The position numbers were made by a program, and so were the translations under genes. From assembly GCA_964564165.1 (NCBI GenBank), contig CAZLZZ010000001.1, positions 10,257-74,256 of the forward strand: DNA of 64,000 bases. Direction: 5' to 3'. The notes beneath the pieces are model-generated. The model made no database searches and was not told the origin of the DNA. It saw nothing but the letters and a program-made list of their open reading frames with translations. Below, piece by piece: positions 27,494 through 36,655 of the stretch. This DNA comes from an uncultured Alcanivoracaceae bacterium. GTDB taxonomy: Bacteria; Pseudomonadota; Gammaproteobacteria; Xanthomonadales; Marinicellaceae. The first letter of the stretch is position 1, and every line of letters starts with the position of its first letter.

Positions 27494-28525
27494 ATGATCA
27501 ACACTTGTTATAATCAACTCATGACAATTAATAAACCACAAATAAACCAAGACCTAAATAAAAGCCAACTCCAAGAGCTGGGGCTTTTGCGTGAGCGTTT
27601 TAATTTATCATTAATTGAAATTATGGAAAAAACAAATAAGAATCATGGAAAATTAGATTTATCAAAAGTATGGGAAGATACTGAAAACTTAACTGAATTA
27701 ATTGATCAGCTAACTGACCTGAAAAAATGTCTTGATAGTTTTAGACCACTCAATTCAAGTGCTCTGCAAAGTTTAAATCAAAGCCTTGATATTGAATATA
27801 CCTATGAATCAAATACCATTGAAGGAAATTCATAAACTTTGGTTGAAACTGATTTGGTAATAAACAAGGGCTTAACTATTGGCGGAAAACCACTTGTTGA
27901 CCATTTAGAAGCCATTAACCACCAAGAAGCTATCTACTATATACGTGATTTAGCGGATAACAATATTGAAATATCAGAGCGTGAAATTAAAAATATTCAT
28001 GCCATAATCCTAAAAAGTATTCAAAACATGGAGGCGGGGGCTTATAGAAAATCGCAAGTTTATATCAATTTGCAAGATGGATCAAAACATGAGTTTCCAC
28101 AACCATTTATGCTTGATAATTTGATGCAAGATTTCTTAAAGTTTTTCAATGACAATAAGGGTAACTTGCACCCTGTAGAAATGGCTACACAACTTCACCA
28201 AAAATTGGTAAACATTCATCCTTTCATTGATGGAAATGGTAGGACTTCAAGACTACTCATGAATTTATTGCTAATTCAAAATGGTTATCCAATAGCCATA
28301 ATCAATTCAGAAATGGATAAAAGAAAACAATACTATCAATTACTATCAGATTTTCAGGCACAAGAAAAAGGCGACAGCAAACCATTTGCTTTATTTATTG
28401 CTCAAAGGGTTAAAGAATCTTTATTCAATCAGCTTAATTTCTTTTCAGGGGATATTAGTGAAGAAAGTAACGACAAAGGTTATTATTTTTTCAAGAAGGT
28501 TGAAACCCTGCTAAAAAACAACTAA
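27494..28525 (+). pseudogene. Fic/DOC family protein interrupted by one in-frame TAA (possibly a functional split)
   Basis: ORF 27494-27835 ends ...YESNTIEGNS, then TAA (27836-27838). The same frame continues TLVETDLVINKGLTIGGKPLVDHLEAINH...HPFIDGNGRTSR (Fic motif). The alpha-inh motif S-x-x-x-E-G sits just before the stop. Confidence 0.75.
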
Positions 28526-28925
28526 TAAATTCAAGTTGTTAAGTAATTCTTAATATCTCAAATCACACAATCATTGGCTTCCAATACAAAGCTAATGGTT
28601 TTTTCAATAGGTGCTAAAAAATAACAATACAATATTCTCACTCATTTCTGTGTTCAAATATTTCATACAAAAATTCACAACTGCCCCGTTAAAAAAACAT
28701 AAAGATATTCTAAAATCTTGTAGCGTATAATTAAAATTGAATTGTTAAAACTCTAGACATGAAATAGAAGGAACGTAAAGTGGGTTTTACCCACCATGGT
28801 TAATCGTATAAGCCTATATTTACTAGAGTTCATACAGTGGTGGGTAACCCCACCTTACTTTGTAATTTGCACCCCAGTCCTTATAAACCCTATGGACTTT
28901 AAATTCTAAAGAACAGTTTCAAACA

Positions 28926-29318
28926 TTATTTCCCAATATTGTTGGATGCATATTTATAACTTTCATCAAAATATTTTATTAAGCTGTCTAAATATTTTAA
29001 ATTTAAACTGTTTCCAAAATGTTCTTCTTTGGCTTTTTCAACATTGTTCCTGTGGACAATTAAAGGCTCTTTGTCCTTTTCTAAAAAGGCAATAGTAGCG
29101 AGCACATAGTCATTCCACCGCAGAGCATTTTCATGATAGTCTTCGTTTTCTCTTAACACTGATTTACTCCATTTTATTGCCGCAATATAATCATTGTCAT
29201 GTGCTCTTAACTGGGCAACATGCCACCGCAATGAACTTTGTTTGGCATTGTTAACTTCTATATATTTTTCAATTAAATCAGCTACTTGTTTATCACACTT
29301 TTCATTGGCCATGGCCAT
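28926..29318 (-). CDS. Hypothetical helical protein, probably the remnant of a secreted protein gene
   Basis: 130-aa ORF. Upstream, at 29470-29399 in another frame, there is a signal-peptide-like ORF (VKIILLFVIVFSAKAQN...) ended by stops. This suggests 5' decay. Confidence 0.35.
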   Translation of the reverse strand: MAMANEKCDKQVADLIEKYIEVNNAKQSSLRWHVAQLRAHDNDYIAAIKWSKSVLRENEDYHENALRWNDYVLATIAFLEKDKEPLIVHRNNVEKAKEEHFGNSLNLKYLDSLIKYFDESYKYASNNIGK

Positions 29319-29610
29319 AGCTCGAAATCCTTTGCCTATCGTCTAATAATCGTCTGATCGAATTCTTTATAGGAAAGACCCATATCAGACTTTAAATGTT
29401 AATTATAAGGCTCTTGGCAGTTTTGTGCCTTTGCTGAAAAAACAATCACAAATAGTAAAATAATTTTCACAAGGTATCCTCTTTTAAATGTACGAATATA
29501 GGGCACTTATTTAGTGACTTGGTTCAGTTTGTTGTATTTGTTGAATAAATATTGACAACACAAACCACCATCTCTACACTTGTCGCGATGAAATCGACAA
29601 ATGTAGAGAT

Positions 29611-29973
29611 ATGAAGTTATCAGAGTTTGAATTAGAGGTCATGAACCTATTGTGGCAACAAAATGAATCAACCGCGCCAGAGTTACATCGCGAAATTTTA
29701 GAAACAAAAGATGTCACTTACTCAACGGTAAAAACCATTGTTGATAGGCTTGAAAAAAAACAGGCAATAAAGCGCATTAACAATTTTGGTCGCACCATTG
29801 TCTATGCGCCAGCCATTAAACAAGAGTCACTACAAAAGCCCCTGATAAAGAAATTTATTGAGAAAGTGTGTGCGGGTAACCCGCGTTTATTGCTCAATCA
29901 TTTGCTAGAAGATGAAAAATTATCCGATGATGATATTGCCTATTTACAATCACTCATAAACAAAAGGAAATAA
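29611..29973 (+). CDS. BlaI/MecI/CopY family transcriptional repressor
   Basis: 120 aa. It has the characteristic winged-helix N-terminus (LSEFELEVMNLLWQQNESTAPELHREI...TYSTVKTIVDRLEKK). Confidence 0.85.
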   Translation: MKLSEFELEVMNLLWQQNESTAPELHREILETKDVTYSTVKTIVDRLEKKQAIKRINNFGRTIVYAPAIKQESLQKPLIKKFIEKVCAGNPRLLLNHLLEDEKLSDDDIAYLQSLINKRK

Positions 29974-31258
29974 TGATGTATCAATATTTCACCCTTAATA
30001 TTCTTATCAGTTTAATGGTTTTTGCTTATTTATATGCCTTAAAAACCGCACCTCATAAAATACGCTTTAGGTTTGTTATGCTGGGTTTATTGAGCTGGTT
30101 ATTGCCTTATGATTTGATCAATAATTATTTTTCGCACAACAGTGTGGCTGTTTTTTCAACCGTAATTTCAGAATTTAACGGCTCTATTAAACATGCTATT
30201 GTTGCAAACATACAGACCGAAACATTTGTCACTCTTTTAAACTCAATAAAAGTGATGACTTTTATCGGCTTTATACTGTTTATTAAGGACTTGGTTTCCC
30301 TAAGAGCCAAAATAACACGCCTTAATAAACAGGCAACATTACATAAAACCATTGATGGCATTAACATTTGTAGCCTAAAAAATAACGATATATTTACTGT
30401 AGGAATATTTAATCCAAAAATTTATCTGGGGAAGAACACCTAAACTCACCCGGTATTGAAAGCATCATTCAGCATGAGCTTCAGCACATCAAACAGCATG
30501 ATCAGTACTGGTTATTATTTATCACTTTTTTACAAAGAATATTGTGGTGGAACCCCGTTGTTCATTTGTTGGCTCACAAAGGACGTGATTTAATTGAATT
30601 GCGTTGTGACCAAGCATGCAATAAGCAAAGCAAAGACAACCAATATCAACAAGATTTGGCACAAATATTGCTTAGTCAAAACAATCAAGTTTCAAACCCT
30701 TTGGTTAGCCATTTCTTCGGAAAATCAAGCCTTAATGTTTTTAGAATTAAACAATTGTCAAAGGAGTACAATATGAATAAAACACACAAAGCTATCATTT
30801 TTTCAACCGCTATTATTCCCTTTGTACTTGCCATATTTGTTAGTACCTCATCGGTTTCATCTGAACAAAAAACCATAGATAAAAATGAAGAAGATATAGT
30901 TCTTGGCAAAGATGAGGTGGATTTAACAATGAAAGTAAGCTTGATTAGTTATACCAAAACAAATCAAAAGACTGGCGAAGTGATGGGATCCAACACACAA
31001 TCTATTGAAACACGAATGATTAATAAAATAGGAGAGACAATTGTATTAAAAACAGTCGAACTTAATTTAGAGATTGAAGCAACCCCTATTAAAGTCAATG
31101 AAAACCAAGTACTTGTAAAAACCAAAATAACTTTCAAAATCAATGGCAAAGAAATCATCAAAGAACCATCGTTACTTTTAGAAAACAACAAAGAAGGCCA
31201 GATTATAATTGAGGACAAAGACTATAAGTTAGAAATCACACTGTTGCCCGTTTTTTAG
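29973..31258 (+). pseudogene. BlaR1-like M56 peptidase/signal transducer, frameshifted
   Basis: The first frame ends at 30443 (...IFNPKIYLGKNT*). A frame shifted by one base continues (G)EEHLNSPGIESIIQHELQHIKQHDQYW...WWNP...ELRCD (M56 HExxH block), then joins ORF 30542-31258. The apparent 1-nt deletion is near 30428-30436. Confidence 0.75.
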
Positions 31259-31302
31259 AGGGTGCAAATTAAACTGTTCATCAATTCAATCATTTCAGCA
31301 CT

Positions 31303-31366
31303 CCGGGAACCGCGGCTTTAGTCGCGCCAAACACAATAAAATGGTAGGGCTAAAGCCCCGGTTCCG
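31303..31366. repeat. Inverted REP pair
   Basis: CCGGGAACCGCGGCTTTAGTCGCG ... GGGCTAAAGCCCCGGTTCCG. Each unit is a short hairpin of the form CGnGnC-TTTA-GnCnCG. Confidence 0.8.
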
Positions 31367-31463
31367 TAGGAGCTATACACGACTATTAGACGACAAGCTT
31401 CTAGAGAAATCATGGTCCTTGATGATAAAACAGATAATTACAAATTTGAAATTGAAGTATTGC

Positions 31464-31883
31464 CTAGATTTTAAGCTGAAGAATACTCCATAATTCGGTT
31501 GGTGTATAAATAGGAAGTTTGGTTTTTTTATAATCTTTGGTGTTTCTAGTGACCACACAATTTACTCCAACGCACGTACCAGAAAAGTATTGAACCGCAT
31601 CTTCAAAATCTTTAAAATTTGAATTTAGTGCAAACTCCAAAACAGTTTTATTTACCTGGGATACCTGGAATATGCCTAATAATTTTTTCAGGGCAAGCTT
31701 GGAAGTTTTTCTATCGCGTATTTTTGTTACCAAATAATCTATTGTTGTTAAAGTTGTTGCACATAAGAAACCTTCAATTTTCTTTGTCTCTACAATATTG
31801 ACCAAAGAAGCAGACAATTGAACAAATTCTTCTCGATTTAACAAAACATCTAATATGACATTAATGTCAAAGAGAACCTTCAT
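31464..31883 (-). CDS. PIN-domain toxin (VapC-like)
   Basis: 139 aa with acidic PIN residues (FDINV, DFEDA, TRNTKDY). It overlaps the upstream antitoxin by 4 nt. Confidence 0.8.
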   Translation of the reverse strand: MKVLFDINVILDVLLNREEFVQLSASLVNIVETKKIEGFLCATTLTTIDYLVTKIRDRKTSKLALKKLLGIFQVSQVNKTVLEFALNSNFKDFEDAVQYFSGTCVGVNCVVTRNTKDYKKTKLPIYTPTELWSILQLKI

Positions 31884-32116
31884 AAATATTTATCTTCTAA
31901 ATGCTTTTTATAATCGTTCTTTGAGAATTTATCTACATCAATTATTCCGATTAAGGACTGGGTAACTGGTGATAGGTTTTCATTGCCTTCATTCATTGTA
32001 AACTGCTTAAAATAATCAGCAACAACCTTGGACAAGGATTTTCCTTGGGCTTTAGCATGGGCTTTGGCAACCGCAATTAATTGACTTTCTAGTCTTAATG
32101 TTAATTTTGTTTGCAT
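31880..32116 (-). CDS. Antitoxin partner of the PIN toxin
   Basis: 78 aa. The N-terminal LTLRLESQLIAVAKAHAKAQGKSLSKVV is RHH/CopG-like. It is translationally coupled to the PIN gene. Confidence 0.6.
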   Translation of the reverse strand: MQTKLTLRLESQLIAVAKAHAKAQGKSLSKVVADYFKQFTMNEGNENLSPVTQSLIGIIDVDKFSKNDYKKHLEDKYL

Positions 32117-32182
32117 AGTTAAATACGTATATAAACAATTATATTATACGTCAATCACAAGGAGAATCAAACTTATTTAATA

Positions 32183-32548
32183 CTATAGCTGAAAAATTTT
32201 CTTCACAAAAGGAATCTGCGAAGTAAATACCGCAAAAACAAATCCAACAATCACACCAATGGTATTGACATGGAAGTCTTCTATATCGCCCATGCGGTGC
32301 TCGGTCATTGATTGCAGAATTTCCATTGCTCCGCCCAAAATAATAAAACCAATGGCATAGAAGTTTCGAACCCACGGTTTTGGATATAACCATGCAAACC
32401 AAACCATTAAGGTAAAATATGCAATAAAGTGCCCGATTTTGTCACCACTTTTGACATTTGGCACGGCGGTATTGATATTGATTAATGACAAAAATATAAC
32501 GGCTGTGACCAACAGCCAACCAATTGTGACGAGTACTTTTCTATTCAT
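32183..32548 (-). CDS. VanZ-like family membrane protein
   Basis: The start is set at ATG 32548 (MNRKVL...). It has 4 TM segments and the GDKIGHFIAYF motif typical of VanZ. Confidence 0.7.
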   Translation of the reverse strand: MNRKVLVTIGWLLVTAVIFLSLININTAVPNVKSGDKIGHFIAYFTLMVWFAWLYPKPWVRNFYAIGFIILGGAMEILQSMTEHRMGDIEDFHVNTIGVIVGFVFAVFTSQIPFVKKIFQL

Positions 32549-32592
32549 AAATATAATTCTCTCATCCATATGGATGAATTGTAAAAAACCAA

Positions 32593-32812
32593 CGGAACCG
32601 GGACTTTAGTCCCGCCAAACTCAATACAATAACAGGACTAAACAGGCTGTGAAAATCGCGATTCCGTTGGTTTAATAACGGAAACGCTGCTTTAGCTCCG
32701 CTTTTTAAACTGTATAAAAAACCAAGCGCACGTTTATATATGAAACTATTGTTCTGGAATAATTGTGTTTTTGTGGGATTTATAGTTGCAGGACTAAAGT
32801 CCCGATTCCGGA
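32593..32812. repeat. Cluster of four REP units in alternating orientation
   Basis: CGGAACCGGGACTTTAGTCCCG (32593), AGGACTAAACAGG...CGCGATTCCG (32634-32666), CGGAAACGCTGCTTTAGCTCCG (32679), and AGGACTAAAGTCCCGATTCCGG (32790). Confidence 0.8.
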
Positions 32813-32818
32813 GTTCTT

Positions 32819-33967
32819 TCATATTAAGTGCAGTTGATTTGAGAAAGAAAAGCCTTGCAACTCTTCACCGAAGTTTTTAGTCATGGCAATGACTTTAAAT
32901 TTTTCACCCATTTCATTGGGCATCACTAGTTTTTTCATTTGTGTTGTGTTCTTGTAATAATGGGTATAATTACTTTCGCTGTCTCCGAGCATTTTTTCAA
33001 TGCCTAACGACATTAAAAAATGTGCCTGTGTGGTATAACCATCTATATCCAAACCGCACTGGTCTCCTGCTTCTACCACTGCGGTAAAGTCTACAAAAGC
33101 AGTCATGTCTTGAATGCCTACGTTTGCAAAATAATCAAAATTGGCTTGATGATGCATAAAACAAACCAGCGTACCTTGGTTGCGTTGTGGATGATAATAG
33201 GCATTGCGTTCGTATCCATAATCGACAAACAAAACCACGCCTTGTTGGAGGCTTTGGGTGATGGTTTTTAACCAAGCCGATAAACTGGGAGCAAATTCTG
33301 AAACATAGCCGTTAGTTAGGTTTAATTCTTTGGCTTGAATTTGTGCTTTTAAACTTTCTGGCATGGCTTGCCAGTTTTGTTTAAAACTATCTTCCCCATC
33401 TAAGCTCACGCTCATTTGCTGGTAATCATGGTTTTCAAATTTAAAGACCTCAACAGGAAGTGCATCTAGGACTTCATTGGCAAATATAATGCCGTTAAAT
33501 TTTTCTTTCAATGGCTGTTTAATCCAACTCACCAACCCCCGCAAATGATTAGGCAAGGATTGAATTAAGTCATTTTGTCGGTGCTGTAAATCAGCACTGA
33601 TTTCCAAAATATAATAGTTTTTGGGTAAGCTATTTAAATTATCTAACTCTAACAAACAATCAAAACAAAATTGCCCCGTACCTGCGCCCAACTCCAAAAT
33701 TATTGCTGTATCTACTTGGTCTAATACTTGTTTAAATTGCCTTGCCATGCACTTGGCAAACAAATCGCCCAATTCCGGAGAAGTCACAAAATCACCTTGT
33801 TTGCCAAACTTGTGTGTACCCGATGAATAATAACCAAAACCGGGTTGATACAACGCCATTTGCATAAAATCAGCAAAACTTATGCTGTTTTCTTGCACAA
33901 TTCGTTCTCGAATGATTTCTTCAAGTGCTAAACTGTGTTGTTTTAATGATGAATCAATTTGTGGCAT
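32819..33967 (-). CDS. MidA/NDUFAF7-type class I SAM-dependent methyltransferase (DUF185)
   Basis: 382 aa with YYSSG..KFGKQGDFVTSPELGDLF and ILELGAGTG blocks. Confidence 0.85.
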   Translation of the reverse strand: MPQIDSSLKQHSLALEEIIRERIVQENSISFADFMQMALYQPGFGYYSSGTHKFGKQGDFVTSPELGDLFAKCMARQFKQVLDQVDTAIILELGAGTGQFCFDCLLELDNLNSLPKNYYILEISADLQHRQNDLIQSLPNHLRGLVSWIKQPLKEKFNGIIFANEVLDALPVEVFKFENHDYQQMSVSLDGEDSFKQNWQAMPESLKAQIQAKELNLTNGYVSEFAPSLSAWLKTITQSLQQGVVLFVDYGYERNAYYHPQRNQGTLVCFMHHQANFDYFANVGIQDMTAFVDFTAVVEAGDQCGLDIDGYTTQAHFLMSLGIEKMLGDSESNYTHYYKNTTQMKKLVMPNEMGEKFKVIAMTKNFGEELQGFSFSNQLHLI

Positions 33968-34098
33968 TTAATAGTGTGCTTAAACAATTAAGTGTATTAT
34001 CGCCAGTCAACTTGTCAAATACAAGAATTGCAATACCTACACTTGAAGAATTCACAGCCGTATGATATATTCATACTTTACCTCAAATATAAAGACCA

Positions 34099-34347
34099 AT
34101 GACAATTCAAAGAAAAACGATTACCGTCTCCCAACAACAAGATTTATGGATTAAAGCCCAGGTAAAAACAGGCAACTACAATAATGACAGTGAGTATATA
34201 CGCGATTTAATTAGAAAAGATCTTGAGTATAAAAATAAATTGGAAATTCTGCGCTCTGCATTAATTGCAGGTGAAAACAGTGGCATCAGCTCACGAACCA
34301 TGTCAGACATACTATCCGATGCCAAAAAACGACATGCATTAAATTAA
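34099..34347 (+). CDS. parD: ParD-family antitoxin (RHH)
   Basis: 82 aa. SEYIRDLIRKD...LRSALIAGENSG is the typical ParD pattern. It lies directly upstream of parE. Confidence 0.85.
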   Translation: MTIQRKTITVSQQQDLWIKAQVKTGNYNNDSEYIRDLIRKDLEYKNKLEILRSALIAGENSGISSRTMSDILSDAKKRHALN

Positions 34348-34695
34348 ATGTATAAAATTTCAAAACTAGCAAATAATGACATAGATTCAATCATAAATTA
34401 CACCATTAATAACTTTGGTACCCAAGCCATGATAAGTTATCACTCCTCACTTGAACAATGTTTCCAAACCATTGAAAAAAACCCAGAAATAGGCTTAAAG
34501 TCAGATTTTATAATCAAAGACTATTACCGTTTCAACCATCGTTCTCATGTGGTTTATTACCAAGTAACTGAGTCAGGGATATTAATAATTAGAGTTTTAC
34601 ATCAGAGCATGGATGTGTTTAGAAGCTTGTCCGAGAATAGAAAACCTACTGCAGAAAACCCGAAATCGGTGCTCTTTTCCGCTGATTCTCGTTAA
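34348..34695 (+). CDS. parE: RelE/ParE-family toxin, with its last codons replaced by MITE-B sequence
   Basis: ParE-like core up to ...ILIIRVLHQSMDVF (codon 91). From nt 34621 the ORF reads into MITE-B (RSLSENRKPTAENPKSVLFSADSR*). Confidence 0.8.
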   Translation: MYKISKLANNDIDSIINYTINNFGTQAMISYHSSLEQCFQTIEKNPEIGLKSDFIIKDYYRFNHRSHVVYYQVTESGILIIRVLHQSMDVFRSLSENRKPTAENPKSVLFSADSR

Positions 34696-34784
34696 ATAGC
34701 CGTGCTATTCGCCTCAAATAATCGAAAAACAGCCCTCAATTCAGCTTTCCTTCGCTACGGTTTCTATTCTCGGATAAGCTCCTA
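34620..34784 (+). mobile_element. MITE-B copy 3 (diverged)
   Basis: TA-GAAGCTTGTCCGAGAATAGAAAA...TTTCTATTCTCGGATAAGCTCC-TA. It has the same orientation and architecture as copies 1 and 2, and is clearly more diverged. Confidence 0.75.
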
Positions 34785-34794
34785 GGCATATACA

Positions 34795-35523
34795 ATGATA
34801 GAAATTAAGGTTATGTTAATTACAGGTGCGGCTCAACGTATCGGGGCTTATATTGCCAAAGCAGCACATGCTGACGGTTACAATACTGTGTTGCATTATC
34901 GGCATTCGGCCAAACAAACGCAAGATTTGCAACAACAACTGAACGATATTCGAGCAAACTCCTGTATCAGTGTACAGGCTGATTTTGATAAAGAGGACAA
35001 CTTTGTGCCTATCGTTAATACCATAGAGAAACAATTTGGGCGTTTAGATGTGTTGGTAAACAATGCCTCAGAATTCTTCCCTACCGGGTTATCAAGCTTA
35101 ACGGTTGAACAATACCTTAAACTATTCAACAGCAATGTTAAAGGTCCTTTGTTTTTATCCAATGCCTGTTATCCATTGCTCAAACAATCAAAAGGAAACA
35201 TCATTAATCTTGTTGATATCCATGCCGATAAACCCTTAAAAAATTACCCCGTTTATTCTATGGCAAAAGCCGCCAATAAAATGATGGTTATGGCACTGGC
35301 AAAAGAGTATGCGCCTGAAGTTCGGGTTAATGGTATTTCGCCAGGTTATATTCAAGAGCCAATAGATGGAAAAGAAATCAACTCCGAGATATTAAATCGC
35401 ATTGCTCTGGTTAAAAAAGGTGATATTGCAAATATCTTTCAAACTATTAAATTTTTATTAGAAAATGATTATATCACTGGTGAAATTATTAATGTAGATG
35501 GTGGTAGAAGTTTGAATATGTAA
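34795..35523 (+). CDS. Pteridine reductase-like short-chain dehydrogenase (FolM/PTR1-like)
   Basis: ITGAAQRIG cofactor motif, NNAS, and YSMAK catalytic Tyr/Lys. The start may be ATG 34813. Confidence 0.7.
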   Translation: MIEIKVMLITGAAQRIGAYIAKAAHADGYNTVLHYRHSAKQTQDLQQQLNDIRANSCISVQADFDKEDNFVPIVNTIEKQFGRLDVLVNNASEFFPTGLSSLTVEQYLKLFNSNVKGPLFLSNACYPLLKQSKGNIINLVDIHADKPLKNYPVYSMAKAANKMMVMALAKEYAPEVRVNGISPGYIQEPIDGKEINSEILNRIALVKKGDIANIFQTIKFLLENDYITGEIINVDGGRSLNM

Positions 35524-35667
35524 TAGCAATATTTTTTATTCTATACCGACCAATAGTAACCAAAATCATTTTGATTACCATAAATACAATCTTACTGCTT
35601 AATTCATAACATAATATACCTCTGATAAATAGATGTTATATCAAAGGTACATTAAATAATAAACTAT

Positions 35668-35991
35668 TTATCGTGGATCACAATAAAAAGGACTCCATTT
35701 TGGCAAACCACTACAGTCATATCTTGGAGGACCAGTGCCTGGACCAGGAGGATTAGTGTTTCCACCTGAACAGTTAGATAAACAACTATTCAAGTTGTTG
35801 TTACAAATATGTGATGGTAGACCAGCACTAATACAAGAGTTATATATTGTATAGCAAGACGAGGAACAAGATGCAGCTGTTACCCCTCCAACTGAGCTAA
35901 AGAGATTTGATGGAACTGCTTTTGTTAATTCAAAAGCTTGTGATGAAGCTGCTCCTAAAATAAGACCAACAATTAAAAGTAATTTTTTCAT
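35668..35991 (-). CDS. Small secreted cysteine-rich protein (no family recognised)
   Basis: 107 aa with a Sec signal peptide (LILGAASSQA/FE). There are 10 Cys in the mature part and a PPGPGTGPP linker. Confidence 0.5.
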   Translation of the reverse strand: MKKLLLIVGLILGAASSQAFELTKAVPSNLFSSVGGVTAASCSSSCYTIYNSCISAGLPSHICNNNLNSCLSNCSGGNTNPPGPGTGPPRYDCSGLPKWSPFYCDPR

Positions 35992-36196
35992 AAGATTTTC
36001 CTATAATTTAAATTAAAGTAAAAAAGTCCATTTACAAAAGTCCTTGAATATGAAACCGAATCAATTTCGATAAGCACGGGATGCATTTTAGGGCAGGTGG
36101 TTCGAATGGCGGTATCAATAAAAAGACAAAAAACTACTGGTAAGCTCTTGTTTCATTAGGTTTAAGGACTTATTTTTTAGGATTTAGGACGTGGCA

Positions 36197-36225
36197 TTGA
36201 CTAAAATACTGGCAACATATAATAT
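36197..36225 (+). promoter_or_regulatory. Putative sigma70 promoter for ORF 36257
   Basis: TTGACT (36197-36202), then either TATAAT (36218-36223, 15-nt spacer) or TAATAT (36220-36225, 17-nt spacer). Confidence 0.4.
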
Positions 36226-36256
36226 TCATAAACTTTTTACTAACACAGGATATTAA

Positions 36257-36517
36257 ATGAAATTATTAATAACAATACTACTAACCCTCATTGTAACAAT
36301 TGGCTTTTCTTTTCCTTCGGGCCCTCCGTTTAATGACCCACTTGCTGTCTGTACTCACAATGGAATTGGCTATGCCATAACAACAGAAAACACTTGCCCT
36401 GTGCCAAGCCAGCATTCAAAGTCAGCATCATCTTCAATGCCAGTGGTTGGAGAATCTCATAAAAGCCTCCCTGGCGACCTAAATTGTATATTAGCTAGAG
36501 TACCAACCAGTAATTAA
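36257..36517 (+). CDS. Small secreted or membrane-anchored hypothetical protein
   Basis: 86 aa with a hydrophobic N-terminus and 3 Cys. A promoter-like sequence lies upstream. Confidence 0.4.
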   Translation: MKLLITILLTLIVTIGFSFPSGPPFNDPLAVCTHNGIGYAITTENTCPVPSQHSKSASSSMPVVGESHKSLPGDLNCILARVPTSN

Positions 36518-36655
36518 GATTTTTTAAAGTTTTAGATAGGAAAACACTTGTTTGTGCTTTCCTATCTAAAACATCAAAAATCATTTAATATAGACACCAT
36601 TAATTAATAAATGGATATAATATAACTCTATTAGCAATAAAGTAGGTGATTTAAA

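Noticed and set aside
32593-32812. CRISPR-like array, suggested by several ~22-nt similar units in 220 bp.
   Set aside because: The units alternate in orientation, the spacing is irregular, each unit is a REP-type hairpin that is also found singly elsewhere, and there are no cas genes.
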